A stretch of 64,000 bases of DNA from Octopus vulgaris. Lineage: Eukaryota. Position numbers and translations under genes: made by a program. The notes below the pieces were generated by a model that saw only the letters and a program-made list of their open reading frames with translations, did no database searches and was not told the origin of the DNA. Positions 55,753 to 64,000 of the stretch are shown here, piece by piece; the first letter of the stretch is position 1; the number at the start of each line of letters is the position of its first letter. The DNA lies in the NCBI GenBank assembly GCA_951406725.2, contig OX597833.1, positions 7,006,001 through 7,070,000 on the forward strand, written 5' to 3'.

Positions 55753-55787
55753 CATACATGTACACTCATACGTGTTTGTGTGTGTGT
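54110..55787 (+). repeat. Tandem duplication of an ~830-bp unit
   Basis: GAAACGAAACCAAGGTGATAAG occurs at 54148 and 54974. The unique cores are nearly identical, SSR lengths differ, and the junctions fall in (TG)n. Confidence 0.92.
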
Positions 55788-56259
55788 TAGAGTGTATTAT
55801 GTAAATATACACATACATATATCTACACACTGCCACATCATAAATACATTAATGTATATATATACTTATGTGTGAATGTGTGTGTGTCTGCATTATACAT
55901 ACATGTACATGTGAGTGTGAATGCGTGTATGTGTGCTTTTGTCTATGTATTTATGCATATATGTTTAAATATGTGTGTGAATGTTTATGTGACTAAACAC
56001 ATACACGTACACACTATTGTATATATATATGTACTCATACATATGCGTGCGTGTATATATATATATGTGTGTAGATGTGTTTATGTGTGAAATATGTATG
56101 TACATACGCATGCATTTATCTATATATTTATATAAACTTTCATTGCTTCGCACTTACGCATACGTAAGGACAGCGATGTACATAAGCACACACACATCAA
56201 CACATACACACACACACACACACATTTCTGTATTTACATTACACAAAATTCACACTTAA

Positions 56260-56540
56260 CGTGTGTCGCGCGCGCTTCCAGCCAGTACGCATGCGCCGGA
56301 TTCCCTCCACCCCCGGCAACCACCCGTCTGCCACCGTCCGCTCGGCCTTGTCCCTCGCATTCCGCCCACTTCGACGGGCACCAGACCACGCACCACCCTC
56401 CACCCACACCCATTCGGTTCCATCCTTTCATCCAAAAACTCCACCCGCCCTCCACCCTCCACCGACCCTCTCTCGCACCCCATCTTTCCAACACCTCACC
56501 CCCGCACCCCACCCCCCAAGAGCCACACTTCACCATCCTG
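56260..56540. promoter_or_regulatory. GC/CpG-rich unique island ~0.9-1.1 kb upstream of the putative TSS
   Basis: CGCGCGCG, ACGCATGCGC (NRF1-like), CCGCCC and CACCC boxes amid AT-rich SSRs. Confidence 0.45.
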
Positions 56541-57179
56541 CCTAATATCAACACACACACATACACATACACACATAGGCACACATACGCGTATAAACGC
56601 ACATATATGTTCACATACATATACTACAGGCACACGTACACATACATATACATACATATATATATTCATATATGTATGTATATACATACGTATATTTGGT
56701 TATACATACATCCATACATACATACACATAAAGTGTGATACATGTAGGCATACACGCACATATAAACACGTGCTTACAAACATACACATACATACATACA
56801 TATCCATTGATTCATATATATATATCCATACTTAAACACACCCTTACATATATATATATATATATACATGTATACATACACACACAAATAGCAACCACAC
56901 ACAACTCACGACAAACATACACATATCTACATATACCCACAGAGAAACACACACACACACACACATATATATATACATATATATACACACGCACTTGTCC
57001 AATCCCCAGTAACACACACATGTACGCACGCGCGTGGACGACATCGCACACAGACACACAGCGCGCATAAACACACACACACACTTATCTTGGCTGGTTT
57101 ACCATCTAACCTAAGTCCCTCCACACACACACACGTACACACGTACACACACATAGATCCACACATACACACACACCTT

Positions 57180-57492
57180 ATCAGACAGTTTCAATTCGTC
57201 AGCATGAGACCGAGGGTTTGCGCGGCGCGCGGGCAGGCGAGAGGGTGGTTTGGTTGGTGGTAGGTAGGTAGGGCGGAAGGGGTTACCCTCGTCCTTCCCT
57301 TGCCCGCCTTCTATCTTCTTCTCGAGGGTCCCCCCACCTTGCTCCAACTGTTGCAAAAGCAAGCACACCCCTCTCGGCTGGCGAACGTTGCTTCAGTTAA
57401 ATATCATCGTACACACGTAGCAGAAGGAAGGCGACACGCGCTAACACACTAACCACGGCTTCATACGTCGGTTGTCAAGCACGGAGCAAGCA
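57180..57492 (+). promoter_or_regulatory. Putative core promoter and 5' UTR of the SNAG-domain gene
   Basis: CpG-rich; GC box GGGCGG at 57271, a CACCC box, and Inr-like TCAGTT at 57393-57398. No ATG lies between the Inr and the ATG at 57493. Confidence 0.55.
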
Positions 57493-57613
57493 ATGCCACG
57501 CTCCTTTCTCTTCACCAACAAGCGATATTTCGCTGCTGCTTTGCCAGTGAGCAGCGCAACCAACTATGCTTACACTACATACATACAAAACCACGACAGT
57601 GAGGGCGAACACG
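57493..57613 (+). CDS. First coding exon of a SNAG-domain transcription factor (Snail/Scratch/Gfi/INSM/Ovo superfamily)
   Basis: The ATG has a purine at -3 and gives MPRSFLFTNKRYFAAALPVSSATNYAYTTYIQNHDSEGEH. MPRSFL plus basic residues at the N-terminus is the SNAG motif. The exon ends at G|GTAAAT (phase 1), just before an in-frame TAA. Confidence 0.8.
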
Positions 57614-57793
57614 GTAAATAATCCACATTTATTTATATCTACATCTATGTATAATTGTTTATTGAACTATCTACCTCTTTGTCTATCCATCCATCCATCT
57701 ATCTATCTATCTCTGTTTCTATCTATCTATCTATCTCTTTGTCTATGTATCTATCTATCTATGTATCTGTCTATTTATCTATCTATCTCTTTG

Positions 57794-57827
<34 letters not shown>

Positions 57828-59033
57828 CTATCTATCTATCTCTTTGTCTATGTATCTACCTATCTATCTACCTATCTATCTATCTATCTGTCTATCTATC
57901 GGTATATCTGTCTATCTGTCTGTGTTTTTGTCTATCTGTCTGTGTTTTTGTCTATCTGTCTGTCTATTTATATCAAAGTGCCGTTCTATCTATCTCCCTA
58001 TTTATTGGTCCTTAATTTCTATGTTGATAGTACTTTAACTATTTACATATTATGGAGATGTACTTGCATAGCAAGTGAATCGAACGGCTTTTGTGTGTTT
58101 CTTAAATGGCTTACAAACACCTTCCACGCTGCAATTATTTACATATTGTTACATACATATCTCTCTCTCTGCTTATGTTTATGTTGGCGAGCAAAAAAAT
58201 GAACCAATTGTGTATGTGTGTCTCTATGTGTGTATATATGAATTTGAAAGTTATGCGTCTCAGGTGTCTTCAACAAAATTCGAACCACCTTTTATCACCA
58301 ACTATCCATTGAACAGGTGAACACAATTATTAAACAAGTTAACACTGCCATTTCTTCAATGAAATTTCTTGTTTACATGCGTGGACTTACGAACATACGT
58401 ACGTATGTATGTATGTATGAATGAATGTATGTTTACAGTATCTATATATGTGAAGATGTACGTATGTTTTTTGTTTATACGTACGTAGAGGTATGTGTAT
58501 GTATGTATGAGTGAATGAATGAAATGAATGAATTACTATAGTAAAATAAAGTCTCCTATCTAAACTTTAATTTTAAACACACACATATATATATATATAT
58601 ATAACATGTAAAACAATAAAAGAATAAAAGGAATATATATATCGGCATGCGTCTCAGCGCACATGTATTCATACGAACATGTATGCAAACATGTAATCCG
58701 GCATAAACAAAGCGAAAACTTTTCGAAAAATTTTTGAAAAGAACTTTTCGGATTTACAAATTTATTTATTGTTTTCCTCAATATTTGTAAACACATACAT
58801 AAGTTCATACATGTAGACATGTAGAGATATGCATACACACACACACACACACACATATATATATGCATGTCGATATATATATTTTATTGTTTTATTGTTT
58901 TACTAGTTATATATATATATATGTGTGTATGTTTAAAAAAAAAACAATATGTTTCAACACACGACTTCACATAAAAAATCTTGCACAACAAATATATAAA
59001 CGTACTATATATACATATATATATATGTATATA

Positions 59034-59098
<65 letters not shown>

Positions 59099-59102
59099 TT
59101 AT

Positions 59103-59144
<42 letters not shown>

Positions 59145-60033
59145 TATATTTATATATATTTATATTTATTTATATTTATATATATATCGCATCACATTGT
59201 ATGAATGTGCAGGTGCGTGTTTTGTGTAAATGAGAAATAATTTTAATTATCTTCTCACTTCCACCTCTCTGAATTCATCGACTCATCCTTCATTCCCCCT
59301 ACCCATCCCCACTCTCTCTTCTCTCTTCTGTCTCTCTTTTTCTCTCTCCACCTACCCTGTATCACTACCCCTACCACCCCACGTCTGCATGTAATGACTT
59401 TGTTATGCAGCGAAATATACTGCACCCCTAGCAACTGAAGAAGAAACCCCTACAACAACTGCAATTGCCAAGGCGGCATGCTCAGCATCATCATCATCAT
59501 CATCATCACCACCACGACCACCACGGTCCCATCACCTGCACTACCATTATCATCAACACCGCCACCACCATCACCAAACCACTATCACCATAATCACAAC
59601 AACAGCCACCACCACCACCAACAACACCAGCTCAACCACCACCACTAACCACCACCACCGCCATCAATACCACTGCCACCACGTGCTACAACCATCAAAC
59701 ATGGAAGCCTCGACATGCTCATACATACATGTGAACATATGTATGTGTATATGTGTATGTGTATCTATACACACTCATATATGAATACACGCATTCATTT
59801 ATGCATGTATACATATGTGAGTTTATGCTTGTTTGTTTAAGCACACATGCACATGGTGCACCTGTGCAGGTATGTAAGGCATGCATGCCCTTATGCATGT
59901 ACTTATGTGTGCATTTCTCACTGCACACTTAATCATCGTCAGTAACTCATGCCTTTATAAATATATTCAACATCAATTTTTATTACACACAATGGTTATT
60001 ACATTACATTACACTAACAACAACAAAAACAAT

Positions 60034-60312
60034 AAGGGAACCGAAAATTATATGAGAATGATCCCTGGCTTACCATCCCTGCAAGAAGTGCAAAAGATTG
60101 TCTTAACTGGTACATCACACGTGTTGAGAAGAGTATTGTCGATGTGAGAACTATTACTACCCATGTATTTTAATTTAACTCAAAAAAAAAAAATGAACGA
60201 ACTATTGAGTTTAGTTTAATGGCCTACCAATGTATACTATGAGTTTCTTTGCTCTAAGAGTCGGGAAGACACTCGGCAAGAAATGGAAGCAAATTTGAAA
60301 GAAGAAAAAAAC
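60034..60312 (+). mobile_element. 3' end of the same R4/Dong-like family as 5701-6305, followed by (TAA)n
   Basis: KGTENYMRMIPGLPSLQEVQKIVLTGTSHVLRRVLSM* is identical to the end of the 5863 ORF; the UTR matches; (TAA)n at 60315-60358. Confidence 0.9.
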
Positions 60313-60313
60313 A

Positions 60314-60358
<45 letters not shown>

Positions 60359-60559
60359 GAACAATACTATGTGCAAAACCAAATATATGACACCCTAGGA
60401 ATAACACCAACATGAGGTTCTAACTTGTCTCTTGAGGTCTCTGGGTGAGACTTAGACCCAACTTGTACAAATACAAAGCAAAAGTCAAACAACAACAACA
60501 ACAATAATAATAATAATAATAATAACAGTCCTCTGAGATTTCCCAATCCTTGTGACGGA

Positions 60560-60955
60560 GGGCAAGATGCACTACATGTGCTGTATGGCTGATGTTGCAT
60601 GTCCCTTTGACCCACGAATAGTCAAGAAGGAAGACGAAAAGATAGATAGATAGATCCAACCCTCTTAAGTAAGAAATAGCATGGCTATGGAAAATGAAGA
60701 AGGGGTGAAGATTATTGTTGGGTCCTTGGGAACAGTATAAGAAGGGGTCAAGGGGAATATAAGGGAAATTGGAATAGAGTGCCCAGTGGAACTGTTATAA
60801 AATGCTTGTCCCTTTGGCATGGCCAGAATAATCAGGAAAGTATTAGATAGGTGAAAAGAACGGATAGCATGGTACCCGTAGGCTGCGGGTAACAAGCCCC
60901 CGCTACACATGCAAGACCCCAGGAGCGCCAACAAAACCTGGGATAAAGAGAATTA
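60560..60955 (+). mobile_element. Degenerate R4/Dong-like RLE 3' end with a (TAA)n tail
   Basis: ADVACPFDPRIVKKEDEKID, EIAWLWKMKK, IIVGSLGTV and GMARIIRKVLDR*, then a UTR and AAT repeats. Confidence 0.75.
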
Positions 60956-61198
60956 ACAACAATAATAATAATAAAAATAAAAGTAATAATAATAAAAATA
61001 ATAATAAAAATAGTAATAATAATAAAAGTACTAATAATAATAATATAGCCACTAGCCATGCTACTACAACACTAGCTGTCACTACTTCAGCTAATACTGC
61101 ATGTACAACTACTACAACAACCACTATTGCTACTACTACAACTACTACTACAGGTACAACCACTATCAACACTACTCTACTAGTACTAATGCTGCTGC

Positions 61199-61231
<33 letters not shown>

Positions 61232-61961
61232 TACTACAACAACCACTTCTACTACTTCTAGTAGTACTGTACTACTAGGTGGTCGTTTAACATGCTAGAT
61301 AGAGTAGCCTAATCTTGCTCAAATCGTACCTCAGTCTTTCGAGAAAAGGAGGACGCACCGTTTGATAATGTAGCTCCAGAGAGCCCAAAGAAAGACGAGA
61401 TGGTCGCGGCTGGATTTACAAACACTGATATAACTACACGACTCTAACATCCTGTATACAAAAACACCAGAAACAAGTTGTTACATGACCACCGAGATGA
61501 CGATTCGATCTCAAGTTCTTGGGTTTACTCTGACAGGAATTCTTGTCATAAATAACAGAAGTGGATGGGAGGGGGAAGAGGGAGAGAGGGGGGAGCGAGA
61601 GACAAACAGACAGACAGATGGCAGCAGGGATAGAGAAGAACATAGAGGGGTGGTTGTAGTGATAAACAGGGTAGGAAAAGGGTGGATACGAAAAGGGTTC
61701 AGGGTTAAAACATGAAAGTTTCTTGCAAAACATCTGTAGTGGTAATTACAGGGTGTACGGGTATGGGGTGGGGGGTGGGGATATCACGTGGGGGGTAGAG
61801 TGGGGTGGAATGTTGGTATGGGTAGATATTCTAATTCAGCTTATTATATTTCCACAAAATATACCCAGGTACATTCTTGTGTGTATCTCTCTATATATAT
61901 AGATAGACGTGTGTGTATATGTGTATGTATACATACGCATTTGTGTATCTATATATACAAT

Positions 61962-61993
<32 letters not shown>

Positions 61994-62639
61994 GTATACA
62001 TATACATATATTATATAATATATATACATATATTATATATGTATATATATATATAATACATATGTATTTATATATATATATATATCTTCATATCTACATA
62101 TATATGAGTATATGTGTGTACCTATGTATATATATATATACACATACACAAATACTCACACACATACAAGCATACATACACATATATATGCACAGTGTAT
62201 AAGTGAGAGAGAGAATTTGTTGTGGAAAGTTTTCTTGAATGATGAGACAGAAAGGGAAAAAATATATAAGAAAAGGAGAGAGAGAGAGAGAGAAGGGTAT
62301 GTGTAGGATGGAGGGGTTGGTGGCGGTGGCGGTTGTTGTTGTATTTCAAGTTGTTTACTAACAAAACAATTTACTCACCACACACACACACAAAACACAC
62401 TTCGCCATCGTCGTTAGCATCATCATCGTCATCATTATCATTATCAACAATACCAACATCATCCTCTCATCATCATCACCATCACCACCAACATGGTCGA
62501 CATCACCATCACCACCATCTGATATCCCGCCACCACCACTCTCACTGCTCATCATCTCATCACCTCCTCCTCATCCTCCTCTATTCAGCTATCCCTACTT
62601 CTTCTTTCCTTCCTTCCACCACCATCACCTCCTTCTACA

Positions 62640-62675
<36 letters not shown>

Positions 62676-63001
62676 CTGTTGCATCCTGGGCGCGTGCCGC
62701 CTGTCCTAGACTAATGAATGCCAGATGCCAGATTCCCTGTTGCTGGCACGGATGGAGGGGAGGAGGAGGTTGTTCATGGTGGTGGCGGCAGTGGAAGAGT
62801 TCTGTGTGTGCGTACATGTGTATGTGTGTGCGTGTGTGTCAGCGTGGAATGCGTATAACCATCCACTCATCGCGCACAAGCACACGTCGGTCTAGGAGTA
62901 TGCGCGTGGCGTGTGCATATATTGATGTATGCATGTGTGTACGTACGCATACATATTTTATGCTATATATATATATATATATATATATAATTGTGTGTAT
63001 G

Positions 63002-63076
<75 letters not shown>

Positions 63077-63083
63077 CTGTGTG

Positions 63084-63162
<79 letters not shown>

Positions 63163-63423
63163 CTATGTCTATTTATATATATATACATATACAAGTATGT
63201 ATGTCTATGTGTGTATGTATATATATATATAAAATTATTTATGTATGTATGTATGTGTGTGTATATATATATATATACATATATACATACATACATATAT
63301 AATTGTGTATGCTAAGCAGAGAGCGCAATACTTAAAATGCTTGTATTATTTATTATTTTCTGAAAAACTAACATTCTTGATTTAAAGTCTGAAGGTTTCG
63401 TGCAAACGTACTCAACCAACCAC

Positions 63424-63503
<80 letters not shown>

Positions 63504-63669
63504 GACAAAGTGCTAATACAAGACCCACATTAAAAATCCTCACTTGTATCACTGTCGAATCAAGAGTTTAACTACGGACTCTTCCATAGCACTTACTTAG
63601 CGTTACCTGCCGCTCTTTGGGTCTTCTAGATACAAATACCTCTGATACATATATATATGTATTTTTTTT

Positions 63670-63798
63670 TTTTACTTGTTTCAGTCATTTTGACTGTAGC
63701 CATGCTGGAGCACCGCCTTTAATCGAGCAACTCGACCCTGGGACTTATTCTTTGTAAGCTCAGTACTTATTCTATCGGTCTCTTTTGCCGAACCGCTA
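63670..63798 (-). mobile_element. SINE family A tail fragment
   Basis: TTACTTGTTTCAGTCATTT..CCATGCTGGAGCACCGCC..TTTTGCCGAACCGCTAA. Confidence 0.85.
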
Positions 63799-63826
63799 AA
63801 TATATATATATACATACACACACATA

Positions 63827-63899
<73 letters not shown>

Positions 63900-64000
63900 T
63901 TATACATACTCATAAGTAGACACAAACACATATATATGAGTATGTATTAATATATGTACACGTGTGTGTATGCGTGTGTGTGTATGTGTGCGTGTGTGTG

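Noticed and set aside
57228-57308. Pre-miRNA-like hairpin in the promoter (GCGGGCA..TGCCCGC)
   Set aside because: Pairing is short and interrupted, as expected in GC-rich promoter DNA.

Overview
Eukaryotic, AT-rich, microsatellite-saturated DNA, most likely a coleoid cephalopod (octopus-like); this is inferred from tRNA-derived SINEs resembling the octopus OK/OR families and from the extreme SSR density. Almost every ORF in the supplied track is a microsatellite artefact. The one convincing host-gene signal is missing from the track: a short first coding exon at 57493-57613 (+) that starts with a SNAG repressor motif (MPRSFLFTNKRY), has a GC-rich Inr-type promoter upstream, and ends in a phase-1 GT donor. 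It points to a Snail/Scratch/Gfi/INSM/Ovo-superfamily transcription factor, so most of the window would be its upstream region. A PHD-like Cys8 ORF runs in from the left edge. The rest is mobile-element debris: R4/Dong-like RLE retroelements at (TAA)n, a Tx1/L1-clade element inserted twice into (GATA)n, RTE fragments, Penelope-like fragments, a mariner relic with three nested insertions, non-autonomous Helitrons, hAT MITEs, a long-TIR MITE and several SINE families. The most striking pattern is a set of short Penelope-type elements at (TA)n runs that carry minimal hammerhead-ribozyme motifs and often form fold-back palindromes. One palindrome folds back at the predicted self-cleavage site. All calls were made by eye and no database searches were run.
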